A DNA stretch of 64,000 bases, taken from NCBI RefSeq assembly GCF_009914755.1, contig NC_060929.1; one strand, written 5' to 3'. Below, piece after piece: positions 43,456 to 57,611 of this stretch. The translations under genes and the position numbers were made by a program. The notes below the pieces were generated by a model that saw only the letters and a program-made list of their open reading frames with translations, was not told where the DNA came from and did not search any database. How positions within the stretch are numbered: the stretch's first letter is position 1; the number at the start of each line of letters is the position of its first letter. The DNA is from the human T2T-CHM13v2.0 reference genome, Homo sapiens.

Positions 43456-44274
43456 AGTTGTTTACTATTTATGAAGGCAATTTATACCAATAAAACAGAA
43501 GTTCACAAAAGTTCAAATTTTGTAGTAAAGATTGGACTGAAATAATAATTTCACATGCTGAAGCTTGTAATTGAAGCATAAGTTTGCTTTTTAATCATAA
43601 ACCATTATTGCCTTAGGGAACTATATATAGCTATTAATTTTTAGTTCACTAAATTCATCTTATAAGAACATCATGGAATTATTAGAATATCAATGAAGTG
43701 TGTAAAAATACATAACAAATACTTATTAAATAAAGGTATAGTTATTAAATATATTAAATGTAAAAAAGCTGTAAAATCATATATAGTACATCAAAATAAA
43801 TACATTATAATACCAAATGAGTATTTCATATATGTTTAGAAACCAGGACTAGACCTAATTGTAATAACAAGACAATGCAGAAGCAATAATATAGTTACAC
43901 TGTAGAATTGGAATACTAAGTGGTAATTTGTTACTTCTTTATACTGTCTGGTGCATTTTTTCAAATTAATAAGTATTTTTTATTCATAGGATGAACCCAG
44001 ACTCTTGACTCTGTCTACATTAATCTTTATTCCAACTTTGGAATTACTCTTCAATGCCTGAATGAGCTATTAATAAAGCTTTTATTTTAATAGCTTCAGA
44101 TTCTTTCATGATGTTAAGAAACACATGGTACATGTATAGTCTTATGGGACCATACGTATTTCAGCTCCCCAAACACTTCATCTGGCGTTTACATTCGCTG
44201 ACTTCAAAGAGCCTGGAGGCTGGCTACAAGTTCTCTAAGACATATTCATTTTACCATAATTGTAGAGTCCTTAC

Positions 44275-44442
44275 CAGCTACTGGGTGAGGTTTTTTACTA
44301 AGACATCTGGGACCATCCTCAAGATTCACATCATCCCCTCAGAAAACCCAGGCTGCTGAATGAAAATTCTCTGTGTAGAATCCTTTTTCCTCAATATCAA
44401 TTGAAAAGCCAAGGTCCACAGAATGGCCCTCTTCTGAGGTGA
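44275..44442 (-). pseudogene. PDZPH1P: 168-nt exon, (I)TSEEGHSVDLGFSIDIEEKGFYTENFHSAAWVF*GDDVNLEDGPRCLSKKPHPVA, with one premature TGA
   Basis: Polypyrimidine acceptor ttttctgcttgctcctcag|TC and strong donor CTG|gtaagg. Symmetric phase 1-1, 56 codons, single stop at 44339-44341. Confidence 0.78.
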
Positions 44443-47354
44443 CTGAGGAGCAAGCAGAAAAGTTGATAACATCAATTACGTTCTGGTAAGAAGATCCACG
44501 CACTGATGGTTAAGGTGGGAAAGTAGCTGAATGCATGCAGGGGTGAAGTCTGAATTAATGAAGAGTGTTCTCTTCAAAAATAAGTCGCTAACTTTGCAAG
44601 ATAGTTCCCCTGGGAATAACTTATATAATGTCAAAATATTGTAAATCAAGACAGGTATCACTTCAGGGCCTAAGGTGTGGTAGCCTGTGCATTAGAGGAA
44701 GCACTATTTCCTTTTGTGAAGAAAAAATACAGAAAAAATAATTGGCAAGAACCATGTATTAGTATTTAAGGGTCAAGATGAAATCACATAAAAAATTAGC
44801 TTTAGAGTCCCTTTCAAAGTTTCAAGTTCATGAGAAAGGATTATTGAAAAAAAAAATCACTATTTTTTTCTCTGTGCCCCAAAGAAGACAATGCAAAACA
44901 TTCATTCCTAAAGCACTCACTGTGGTCTTATATGTAGAGTAGAACACACAAGGAGGCATGTACAGCTGTATTTAACAGTTTCTTTCATGGCACTTAGGGT
45001 TTTCTGTGTATTCAAGAGTGTTTTGGATAGTGTGGAAGGCTGTGATAGAAATGAAAATGAGACTGAATTTCTATATTACTTTCCCAGCGTTTCTTTGTGG
45101 CTCTGTTGCTGAGGTTAAAACCTGAATAAAGTCATGCCCCAAGCCTTTCAGTCTTTCAAGAGGGCAGAATATAGAAGCACTATTGAATAACCAAAATATA
45201 CTTTCAAGAAAAGCATACATCACTTACTTGCATTTCTCAAATACCATGAAGAGGGTGGGCTTTGAAAACCACAGCAATGCTTTTTAAAGAACAACAAAAC
45301 ATTCTGTCCTTATTCTCCTCTCTTTCCATTGCTTCTCTTACACCACATTTTTTTTCCAAAAAAATTCTAGATAAAGACATTTCCTTCTTCCCTCACCCTG
45401 TCTGCTGTAGGTCAGCTATAGAAAGCCCATGGAAGAAATGGTTTTCTTGCTCTCACTGATTTTCTCAGGAGAATCATTCCTAATCTTAGTTCTGTTTTTT
45501 TGCCTCTACCTTTCCACCTCTGCTTTCCTGGCACTGGACTGAAGAGAGTAAGTGTTAGTCATTGTCCCAACACACAGATGAATGCAACAATAGGTTCCTA
45601 ACTCAAACCTTTGTTTAACTTGTGTCAAAATGGTCAAGGGTGGTATATTGACAAAGTATCCAAGAATACAATCTCTTGCAGACAGTCAAGAACAAAGTCC
45701 AAATACCTTTTTTTCCAAACCCCAGATATCTGTAATGTTAGCTCTTGTATTTTTTATTTTGTGCACCAAATGAGATTGCACTGCTCATGTGAAAGCTAAA
45801 GCAATTTCAGATACCTTCATTACTCATTTATTGAATTGAATTGATTTAAAATAATTCTTGTCTCATGAGTAAGCCGAAATTATAGGCACAGTTGGGACAG
45901 ACTGATGAGTAAGACAAGGGACTCAAAATGAGGTAAGAAAATTCACAGGAAGTAGAGTGATTATGGCTGTGGGAAAGAAGAATATAATAAGACTGAACTT
46001 TGAGAAGTAGATAATCTTTCTATGGGGTGGGAGAGAGGTGGATAAATACGGTCTAGACAAGTGGCCAGGCACAGAGAAACAGGTACTGGCAAGATAGACT
46101 ATGCTGATGGAGTAACCAAGTTTGTGAGTATATGAAAATAACGAGGGATGACATATGGGAATATTACACAATGATAAAGTTGGAATGTAAGTTATATGAT
46201 TATTTTATGGGACATATTATTTATTGGAATAAAAATTATAAAAACTTTGTAATGGAATACTTCAAACCAGGATATAGGATGCCTTCTTCCACATGTCATA
46301 TTTCAAAACTCCTTAAGAAGTTTTTGCTTTCATTTGTTGAGTAAGTCTGAGTGTGACATTTGACTTTGAAGGGAAGGGGGAATAAACTCCCAAAATTATA
46401 GTAATTTATTAACCTATCTTGCTGAGCTTTAAGGCTAAATCAAAGCTTTGTGTTACAATAGCGTTTGCTAAAGTTACAGAAGCCCTAAAGGATTTTAAAG
46501 TATTAAAGTATCTTTGTTTGTTTGATTTATGTCCTATATCCTTGGCCTTAAAAAATTCAGCTACATTTTATATTAAAATATTCATAAATATTTTATGAAT
46601 ATAACTTACACAGCTCAGCTTTCTGGGCCTGCTGATTTATCTACATTTTTTTTTCCATGAGCAATAGTTCTCCACGGTGGATGTGTGATCATCTTCCTAT
46701 CATGTAAAGGTCTGAGGGTGGGTTTAAATTATAGTGATCTTTGTTTTTATCAGCGTGCATGAGACTGTTAATACATCTCACTTACTTACGAATAGATTTG
46801 ATTATATGGATGAGCAGTTCTCTGTTCATTCAGTTACCAAAACAGAGCTAATCAACACATTCTTACATAAACTGAGACATAAAATTTGTGTTAAAATCCA
46901 ATGGAGCAGCAAGCCACAAACCTGCTGCAAGCTTAGAGCTGCTAGATTTCTCAATAACTGTCCCTGTGGAACTTTGAGCCAAATAGAAAGCAAATCCAAA
47001 TATATCTTTGTCACAATACCTTTGTCACCAAAATTTGGTTTGCTAGATGAACCTTTTAATAAATGAAACTTTAAGACAAAATGAGCTCTTAAACATGCTT
47101 ATTATTACTGAAATTATGTTTGTTTTTGTCCTTGAAAAATTTAAATACTAGGCTTCCTTTTAATTATTACTTTTTGACTTCAGAATAAAAAAGATAAAAT
47201 ACTTATAACAGTTCCGGTGTCTTTAGACATTCTCATACCTCTTTCATTCCATTGTATTATTTGAGGATAATGAAAAAGTGGCATATAATGAAGTGAAACC
47301 CTGATTGGACTTTCCCAAAGAGAGACCAGGGCTAGATTTAAAGGTCCAACTGGA

Positions 47355-47640
47355 GGCAGTGTGTTGTAGGGTTTAGGTGCATAGACTCTGTTCAGGCTGT
47401 ATGGGTTTGAAACTCAGATCCACCATTAAAGTTGAAACTCAGATCCACTCACTACAGCTGAGTGACCTTGGACAAGTCATTTATCCTCTCCATGACTCAG
47501 ATTCCTCATTTAGTAAAATGAGGATAAAGATATAGTATTTATCTCTTAGTGTTGTTGGGAGAATTAATAAGCCAATACATTGAAAGCACTTAGAATAGTG
47601 CCTGACATTTAGCAAGCACATCATAATTGTTAGCTCTTAT
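47355..47640. mobile_element. MIR SINE
   Basis: MIR core gtgaccttggacaagtcatttatcctctcc…aaaatgagga…aaagcacttagaatagtgcctgaca. Confidence 0.85.
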
Positions 47641-48479
47641 AATTAGAAGCCAGAATTATTTTGCCTTTCTTTATTGTCTTTCTCTGTTTCTGTCTCTCTC
47701 TCTCTTTCTCTTTCTCTCTCTTCATTCTTCCTATTTCCATGCAAAGTAATATTTGGAAAATACATTTTCATGATAATTTAAATAGCTGAATGAAATCAGG
47801 AAATTGCTATCAAGTATCCTTGCATGATTAGACCCAAATTCTTTCCACATCTGTTTGTGATACAGGAACCATTTGAGATTATAAAAATCAGAGCTCCATT
47901 TTGCAGGCCTTTCTGACTTTAGTTTACAGCTTTCAAGTTATTTACCTGGTGTACCTTAGTCAGCATTCCCCACAGCCTAGATGGATTGATCAACTGTGTC
48001 CACACACATAAATATGTCATTCTTAATGTCTTTTCCAGTTATTATGTAGGAAGTCAGAGATGAGTGAGATTAACAGAGTGAAAAACACCAGCTGTAATGA
48101 TGCTCGATAAAGCTGTCAGATTTTAAGTCATGGGTTAGTAGCATATCCTGACTCTATAAATGAGATAAAATTTAAACCACACATTAAACAATGCTAGCCC
48201 CAGCAGCTCTTAGTGAATTGCAGTCTCTACTGAAAAGTTTCTGAAGAAATACAACATGCCTTCAGTGTGTTGTAGCTTGGATAAACTGAAAAATAGAAAT
48301 GGTAGACATTTCAATTCTCTTTTGCCTAAGGTGAAACAAATTGTTGTTATGTATAAGTTTTCATTCAAAAGAGAATTGACCCAAAAGAAAACACAATCAT
48401 TATTTGAATTACAATGATTGTGTTATTTTGGCATGAAATTAGAATTTGCATAAGTTATACAGCTGATTCCTGTGTTATT

Positions 48480-48690
48480 TCAACTGGGGTACTAGCAAAT
48501 TATTTAAGTGACTTTCTAAAAGGAAAAAATTCCCTGATTTGCAGTGTTTGCCAGTTTCCATTGTATAAACACTCCCACCATTGCCAATGTCAGCTACTAA
48601 CCTGCTGTTGCTGAATTGCAGGGTTAGAAAAATGTGCATAGTTGGCCTCTGTGGGCCACTGGAGCTGCCTCCAGCACACCTGTGGTTGTT
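48480..48690. mobile_element. MER63-like hAT fragment
   Basis: ccagtttccattgtataaacactcccaccattgcc…gagctgcctccagcacacc. Confidence 0.5.
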
Positions 48691-50239
48691 TCTTTTGCTC
48701 AAGAAATGCAGAGCAGACATGAATGTCTAAGAGCACCAGTAATGAAGAATCTGGCCATAAAACAGCAGACTTAAACTGAAACAGAGTCCAGGTAGCTGAA
48801 TGATTCAGTGAACTAGAAGAAACTGGTCCTTCTGTACTAGAAAGAAATCAAAACTAGGGAAGCGGATTCCATTCTCTATGACACATGAAGACAGTCTACA
48901 GTTAATCAAACTAAACTAAGTTCCCATTCAATCTAATTTATTACTTTAGATCAGTTTAGATCAATCATAAATTGTTCTAGGTAATATGGAAGCTATTACT
49001 ATGTGTAATAAGTTTTTATGACTACATATAACATTTTGTTTTTCTTATAACAAAGTTGTTCATCCCTCAGTTTCCTTATCCTTAGTTCCTAAGGTGGGTA
49101 GATGGTAATTACTTAGTGTTGGAGTTAATTGCTGAACACTTTGATCATTTTGGTTGCACAGGTTTAGGGGTACAAACTGCAGTTGAATCTCTCTGCTTAT
49201 AACAAAGAGGAATTTTAAGGATCAAAGGAAAAACTCCAAAAAAATAAAAATAAAAACCAATGACTATCAGTATTATATGAGGGAAGCAGTGCTATAACAG
49301 GGCCTTTTTAACTGGCTATAAGGCAGCTCAGAGGCCTTTGAAGCAAAGCAATATATGAAGGGGATTTCAAGTTGTTTACTGTGAGGTGTGTAATATAGAG
49401 ACTCCCTCTGTGTCTCATATGATGTCTTCAGTAAATTCTGTATTTCTCACTATTGCTTTTGTATGAGTATATTCTTTGGTGGACCTGGAAGCGAAGAGCC
49501 AATCATAGACAACTGATACTGAATTTACATCCATAAGAGTTGTATTCTTACATGAAAATAAATAAAATTTTCAAAGACTGCAAGTCTGTGAAACAGAAGG
49601 TCAAGAAAAACATAAACGGTAGTTCAGGTATATTGCTGTCTAGGAAATACAGTTTGAGGAATCCATCTTAGTGAAACTTCAGGTATTTATTCACCTCCGA
49701 CTAGGGAAAATTACAGTACATGGAAAAAAAAAACCTCTATCCCCTTTTGTAGCTTGGACACTGAAGACTAAAACCACCTACAAGCATTATTTTTTCATGA
49801 AAATTAACACGACATCATTCCGCAGCTGTTAGCACAGTCTTATTCTTCATGGATACCCTTGACCAGGTAAATACTTTATTATTCAGTACTTCACCCCAAA
49901 ACATCAATTCCTCAATAGGAAGCACCAACATATTATTCTCTTAAACTCTTTGAAAACCTCAAAATCCTTACCTTGCCATTTCCATTAGTCCTAAACTATT
50001 AAATCATAATCCTTATCCAATTCTAAACAAGCTCTCACATTGAAAGATCTGCATTAAACCAAATTTCTAATTCTTAATAAAATCCAACTTTTCCTTTCCC
50101 TGTCTGAGATACTATCAAAGCTCTATTGAGGGTAAATCGTCTCTGTCTCTTATCTCTGTAAGCAATAAATAGTTGTGTCTTATCAATGGGCTATATTGGT
50201 GATATTTGATGATCTGGCATTCAACAACATCATTGCTGT

Positions 50240-50740
50240 AATATGAGAACAGAGCACTGGTTTATCATAGAGCTGTGACATGAAAAATATGACACCCTCA
50301 AATGAGTAGTTTGAGGAGAATGCAGTAGAAATCACTATTTACAAAGTGTGGACAGGATTTAATGAAATCAGATGTGATAGAGTGGGATAAAGACTAGTCC
50401 ATCCAACACTAAAAGGATAACAGGATGGAGCAGGTACCATTTACTAGAACACACAGCCATAGAAGGCAGTATGGAGAGGGCCACTTTATGGGAGTGTGGC
50501 TTTAGGGACACAGACAGCCCTTGGCACACAGTAAGAGACCAAGGGCAATAATAGCAGGGCCTTACTCTACTCACTCCTTCCAGGCGCCTCCTGATCATCC
50601 CCACTGGTCAACTCCAACAGGATGTCAGAAGGTAAATTAACCCCTTGATGTAGTCCAAATAAATGAGACTCCTGGGGCAAAGAGAAAGGTGGAGAAGGGT
50701 GAAAGAAGAATCTAGAGGGACAAATGGAAGCTATTCTCAG
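50240..50740. mobile_element. Old LTR (MaLR/ERVL) remnant
   Basis: …gatgtagtcca…ggagaagggtgaaagaagaatctagagggacaaatggaagcta resembles old mammalian LTR ends. Confidence 0.45.
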
Positions 50741-51399
50741 AGATGGTTTCAAGATAGTGGAGTAAGCATGAACCAGTCTCCCATTTTCATAAAAATGCTG
50801 GAAAACACATATTCCCTATGACCTATTCCTGCAATGTCTCTCATTTTACATATACTGTGACAAGTTCAATTACACATATTTTGAGACAGGAGTTGCAGCT
50901 AAATTTTTATGCATAATAAAAAAGAGGCACTTCAAAGTCCAGAGAACTATGAGGAAGGATATAGAGGTTGTGTCTGCATGTGGTGTGGTATGTGTTTTAA
51001 CATCCACAGATACATATTTGAAAACAAGAAGGTAATTCTCATTATGTCAGAAACTGGGAAATACCTGAAATCTGGAATCAACCTGTAGACCATGGAGTGA
51101 AATCATAGCAAAAAATATATATGTGAGCATGTTTTGATGCAGAATAGTGGGAGCATCAAGAATGCTCCATGCCCAAAGAGTGAGAAGCCAGGGGCCAGAG
51201 AAGTCTCAGGTGCAGACAAGAGGGTAATTAATTAGGGTATTATGGCAGAAACAGCAAGGTAGTCTGATGCCTACACATCGTCCACTTTGAGCTCCACCAT
51301 GGATCAAGTAGCAATAATGATTGTACCTGCCTCTAGCCCAAAACAAATGTGTGCGTGAAAAAGTCAGAGATTGATGTCCGAAGACACCCAGATGGGATA

Positions 51400-52700
51400 T
51401 GGACTATCCTGTGGCAGAACTCAGTTGTTGCAGCCTGAAGCATTCTTATTCACACCATTGAATATAGCAAAAACCATTGCGGATACTTTGCTGCCTGCCC
51501 ATGTGAGTTGCTCAATTGGAGACAGCAATCAAGTGGATAGAGAAGGAACCAAAGAATAAGCACCCAGGTGAAAATCACAGAGTATTTGGGAAAAGCCAAC
51601 ACTGTGAAAGAAGGACAACAAACTCAGCAAATGCGAAATGCATATTTGAGGAAACAGTTGATAGAGCAATTTGACTAAAACTTTATATAATATGCTTAAT
51701 GTTCTCAGAAGTATAAAAAATAAGGACAGTTCGATAAAAAAGAGCCACTTAGAGATTGTTGAAATTAAAAATAGAGTTGTTGAAATAAAAAAGTTAAAAA
51801 ACAACAAGCTGAAGAGCAAAAAGGATTTAGATGAGGAATGAATTGCTGAATTGCTAAGCTGGAAGATGGCGCTAGGTTTTCTCAGAATATAGCACAAAGA
51901 GACAGAGATGCAAAAAAGGGAAAGTTAAGGCATATGGGGGATAGATCCAAAAGTTTCAAAGTCTATCTGAAAAACATGACAGCAGAAGGCAAATAAGAAA
52001 GGAAATTCATAGTTGAAAAAAAAAACCTAACAATTTATGAGAGTTGAAGAAAGAAATAATCAACCTTAAAAAGCCAAACAGGAAAAAATATTCAAAATAT
52101 AAACACTGAGAGTCCCAGTAGAAAAAAATTTTAGAAAACCAAGGATATGGAGAAAACCCTGAACAATACCAGAGACAATATTGGATTAAAGACAAAAGAA
52201 TCAGATCAGATTCAGACTTCTGATTAACACCACTGGTTACAGGAAGACAATGAATCAGTTTCTTCAGTAATTTGAACCTAAAACTCTATACCAAACTATC
52301 ACTCAGTATTAAGAGAGAAATGAATACATTTTCAGATATACAAGAATTCAGTTTACCTCCCACAGAATCTCTGAAAAAAATATTAGATTACTATAGTTAA
52401 AAAGGAAAATAAAATAAGTCCTGTTAGAAATAATTGGTAAAAAAGCAAAGGTGATGAAAACTTATTGAAATATATTATTAAAGTAATTGTTAAAAATATA
52501 CACTAAATCTAGAATATATAAATGCAGCAGTTGATAAGGGGAAGGGGAAATAGAAGTGGAAGAAAATGAACATTAGAACAAATGTTTAGCAGTGGGATTA
52601 TTTTATTGGAAGTCTAATGTAAGAAGTATATTCTCCAGGGAGGTATTTCAAGGACATATGAATAGTAAAGGGATAATAAAACAACTCTATAAGGTAGTAT
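51400..52700 (+). mobile_element. Old L1 (L1M) ORF1-region remnant
   Basis: A-rich. aagaatcagatcagattcagacttc…gaagacaatg…gaacctaaaactctatacca resembles the L1 ORF1 C-terminus. Confidence 0.6.
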
Positions 52701-53842
52701 TGTTAAAATAAAAATACAGGATTCCATATTTTCGGTCCTTGCTGCCAAATAGAAGCCATTGGAAAACTAAGACATTGATTGAGGAACAAGAATAAAAATT
52801 ATCAGGACAAAATGGAGCATTTAAATTGGATTCTTCACTGTTCATATGAATGTAAGAAGGCTGTGGTGGTGATAATATAGTACAGTGTTTAATTATTTAA
52901 ATTACTTATAATCTTTGTCCACACATTTACAGCTACATTCAATCCCTAACCTGTGCCAGCTTTCTAACTCGCTCTGAATAAATTATACCACTGCCTTCAT
53001 GAATTGTACTTCTGTCATTGGCACAACCTAGGACAATCACTGTTGTCTTTTCATAAAGACATTTTTCTCGGCATCATGATACTGTCCTGTGCTTTTCTCT
53101 CTTTAATGAAATTTTCTCATTTTAGTATCAGTGTTTTCCTGAACAACTGGGTTACTTTGGTAAATAATATGCAAATAGCAAATGCCTATTTGTTGGATAA
53201 GTATCTTTTAACAACTTTAGCTGTTAGAATCTTAGAGCCAGATTAGTGGTAGTATGTGCTAAGTGTACAAATCCCCCTTCTATTTCTTTAACCCATATTT
53301 TCCCTTCAGTTGGATTTCCAATTGGCAAGCTATCTTTCACTCTCAGTTGCCACTGACTGTGGGGCTGAGATTTAGACTCTCAATAGAAAGAGAAACATTA
53401 TCAGGAACACATCCATTTAAACAGACTCCCTCATTTCAGAAATTTTAAAATTAGAGGAAAGAATGTTGCTTAGAATTAAACACATTTATCTTATTCTTTT
53501 ATATGATACATATTTTTGTAAACCAGCTCAAATTTCTAGAAATAGGATACAAATTTAATTCAATAAAGGACCCTATCGCTAGTTTTTTTAGTATCAAGAG
53601 AAAAGCAGCCCTTAGCAGGCAGTTATGTGTTTTCAAGACAGTAATTTACCAAGTTGAAATTCCTTAGCAGATAATAGTTGATGATTCCAAAAATATGTTT
53701 TATATAAAAGCTTATAATCACTATATTGCCGTGTTCAAGCAAGAGTTTATGTTCTGGAAATATAGGGATGGGAGATTGGTTACGTTTCAGTAAGTTGTCG
53801 CATTTGCTATGGTTTTGGAAAAGAAGCTGGCTGTCTACTCAC

Positions 53843-53993
53843 TGGATTCTTCTGTGATATTGCTGGCAAATAAGCTCCCTGCTGCTGAACCGGGTTTTTT
53901 GCCTTCTTTGTATTGCTGCCTCCTTCTGGCCCACTGGTCAATTGCTTCTCCCTGGGAACCATCACTAGCTCTTCCACCTCTTGGAACCAATTC
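53843..53993 (-). pseudogene. PDZPH1P: 151-nt open exon, ELVPRGGRASDGSQGEAIDQWARRRQQYKEGKKPGSAAGSLFASNITEES
   Basis: Acceptor gttatcccag|GAA, strong donor CCA|gtgagt, 50 codons with no stop, ends in phase 1 and reads in frame into 44275-44442. Not in the ORF track because it is under 60 aa. Confidence 0.78.
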
Positions 53994-55112
53994 CTGGGAT
54001 AACTTTCAGAGACTATTTATTTCCAAATACCAATCTAGATTAAACCACATTAAATATGTAAGTGAGACAACATTTTCAAGATAGATAAATCAAGATAGAA
54101 ATATCATATAGTCCAATCATTGAAACATATAATTACAGTAGACTAGGACTAGATAATTTCATTCAACTTTTTTATGGTTCACTTTCAAATTTGTATTACT
54201 TAACAAAAAGAGCCATGTATCTTTAAAAAAAATACTTATGTGGAGAAAAAGGTGGGGAGGGTGATCACCAAGCATTGCCTCAGTGGATTCAATTCAACAG
54301 GTATTCCTAGGGTATTAGTAGTATGCTTGATACTATATTAGTTACTGTGGAGAAATGCAAGTAAATTGTTAAGTATGTCCCCTAAACTCTCAGTAAAGAA
54401 ATAAAATGTTATTACCTGAATAGCATGTGTAATTATAATCTATGATATTGAATTTTCTATGAAACTCAAGTACTTATGGTTTTAGTTTTATTAATCAGGA
54501 GTATACAAATTTCATAATACTTCTGCTGCATATGCTGGCTAAAAATGAAGAAAAGTAAAAAAATGCCAAAATGCATGAAGGCTTTGTTAATTTTATATCT
54601 GAAACAATAGCAGCTTGAAATACTTTATATAGTTCCAAACTGCTGCTTTCTGTCATCACAAACCATGACATCATGAAACTGTGTATTAGGAGGAAGAAAC
54701 CCCAAACTACTGCAGTACAATCAAACTTTTAAAAAAGTAACTGAAAAAAGTAAAAACAACAACAACAACAACAAAAATAGGAGAACATATAATACCTAGA
54801 AAGTAATTTAATGGGTTAGAATTAAGATTTTATTTGATGTTACCTTTTGATACTGTATGAAAGGCAGGCAATATACATTTTAAAAGAGGCCAACTCTTGA
54901 CCTTTACTTTTATTCTATTCCCAGCAGCAAATGAGTACTTATAATTGGATCTTTGCAAATTAAAATCTAATTTATCAATATCAAAATTTATTTTCAGAAC
55001 TATTTAAATAACAAATGGGATATATCTATGAAGAAATAAGCATCTTTATTTTTATATATATATATAATTATTAATGATCCATTTATGTAACAACTTAAAC
55101 TTCACTTGTCAG

Positions 55113-55421
<309 letters not shown>

Positions 55422-56450
55422 TTAAGGTTAAACAGGTGAGGAGAAAGAAGAATCATTACCTAATTCATTTTCCATTACTTTGCGGTGGACTCCTACCTCT
55501 TATGAGGGTGACAGGAAAACAACATTCATTCGATAATATTCAGTGTTCACTTTCTACATACTAATTTCTGTCGTGTTGGTTATTGGAGCGGTCACAATGA
55601 GCAAGATGGCTTTTGCTCACTAGAATGTTACAGAGTGGTGGAACTTTTAAAAATAATATAGAACTGATCTCTGGCCATTTCTCCAATGCTTGTTCTAGTT
55701 CCGCTATTTTTTGAGATTGAGAGTGTAGGTTAACTATGAAGGCATTCATGAGGAGGATAATTTTCTGATATCAAATACTTTACGTGTAACAGCAATTCTT
55801 TTTTGAAAGTGTGGAGTATAAAAGAAATCTTATGGACCTAGGAAACTGTGTATGATAATATGGCCCTGGGATATGGTGGGAAGACTTTTCCTCCAGGATC
55901 TTTTCATATACTTTTGATCTTTTCAAATTAGGGGAAAGTATATGTTCTACAGTGTGTTTTAAAATGTGATCTGAAAACGATTGAAATGCCCACCAAGTAC
56001 AAAGTACCACTTCCACTGTCCTGCTTGGTATTTGTGGACTCTTAGGTTTGCAAAGAATATAGAAGGTGATTTGTTCTAACGAACCTCTCTATGCTCAAAA
56101 CATTTCTACCAAATTTCTACCAAGTAATCATTCAATATATGCTTGAACACTTCCCAGACTCAAATTTATTCCCTATTGAGTCAGTCTAATCCTTGTATAC
56201 TACAATATGATAGAAAGTTTTTATGTGATGCATTGAATCTATGTCTCAGTAATCTTCCTTCACGTGTGAGCCTCCCCTTTATTCCATGAATACCCAGTAG
56301 ATATTTATCAAGTCTTTCAAGGAGTCAGGCAATTTGTTTGTACTGAAATGAAGACATTCAAATCTCTTGAGGGACTCTGTTAAAATGCACACTTATCACT
56401 TTGTAGCAACAATATATTAATCCACTAAAAAGCACAAATGTTTTATCAGT

Positions 56451-56820
56451 TGCTATGGTTTGAATGTATATGTCCCCCAAAATTCATATGTTGGAACCTA
56501 AGATCCAATGTGATATTATTAAGAGGTGGGGCCTTTAGAGATAATTAAGTCTTCAGGGTTCTGCTCTCATAAATTGGCTTAGTACTCTTTAGAAGGGCTA
56601 GATTAGGCCTTTTTGCCCTTCTGTGTATGCCATGTGAGGACGCAGCAACAGGGAGCCATCTTGGTAGCAGCAAAATGCTTAATACCTCACCAGACACTTA
56701 ATACTGGCACCTTGACCTTAGACTTCTCAGCCTCCAGAACTGTAAAAAACAAATCTATGTTCTTTATAAATTACCCAGTCTCTGGTATGTTGCTGTAACA
56801 GCACAAATGGTCTGAGATAC
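56451..56820 (+). mobile_element. MST/MLT1A-type MaLR solo LTR
   Basis: tgctatggtttgaatgt…cccccaaaattcatatgttggaacc…gacttctcagcctccagaactgt…tttataaattacccagtctc. Confidence 0.88.
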
Positions 56821-57611
56821 CAAACATGAGTGTGAAAGTGGAAAGCTACCACCTTGAAAGCCAGAGCAGGGCCTGGGAAATGAATGGGAAGACCACAAAA
56901 AAGAAGCAGATCTGGGAGGAGCCCTGCTGGAGAAAAGCAGAGCGTTGCCGCTGAAACTGGGATCTTGGAATGTGCGTCTGCTGAGAAATGTTGAAGTGGG
57001 CACGGGTGTTGAAAGCTCCTGATTTCACCAGAAGTCAGTTTGCTGGAAACTATCCCAACAGTTGTATTCTGCTACGTGAAATGAAATAATTTTTTATTCA
57101 TCTTTTTATTCCCAGTGCTTGGTGCAGAGCCTGGGACCACAAACTTTCTCAGATTTGCAGTCCTCTATAACTTTGTGCCTTGATGTGAACTCTTAGAATC
57201 ACTCCTATTTTAAGAGAAATAAAACATTTCACACATTGTATGTAAGTTTTGTGTTATATTACATACAAAGGGCTGTTTATGGCTATTTCTATGCCATGTA
57301 AAAATATCATCTAATCCTTCTCATTGTCTGTAATTTTCTCAGGCTAGCCTACTTTTGGTTTCCTCATTACATTTTTTTATGATATAGAATTTCTGGTTCT
57401 TTGGCAGAGCTCTTAAAGATATATTCACACCATTAACAGCTGAATAAATGAAGCCTTGAGCAACTACTTTTTTAACCCAACAACGTATAGCCCTTACCTG
57501 GCAGAGGAAGAACTTAGTGTTTAGTTATTAAAGGTTTGACTGGTATCTGGTATCTTTCCTTTATAACATGATGGCTGTTACTTCCTGCCACACCCCCCAT
57601 ACCACACCCAC

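Noticed and set aside
44443-44684. 5' extension of the 168-nt exon to an upstream AG
   Set aside because: It adds five in-frame stops and the wrong phase. The acceptor at 44443 has a better pyrimidine tract and matching phase.
55460-55764. CpG-retaining segment with donor-like sites, as an extra exon
   Set aside because: The length fits the required phases, but that frame has many stops, the acceptor is weak and there is no recognisable motif.
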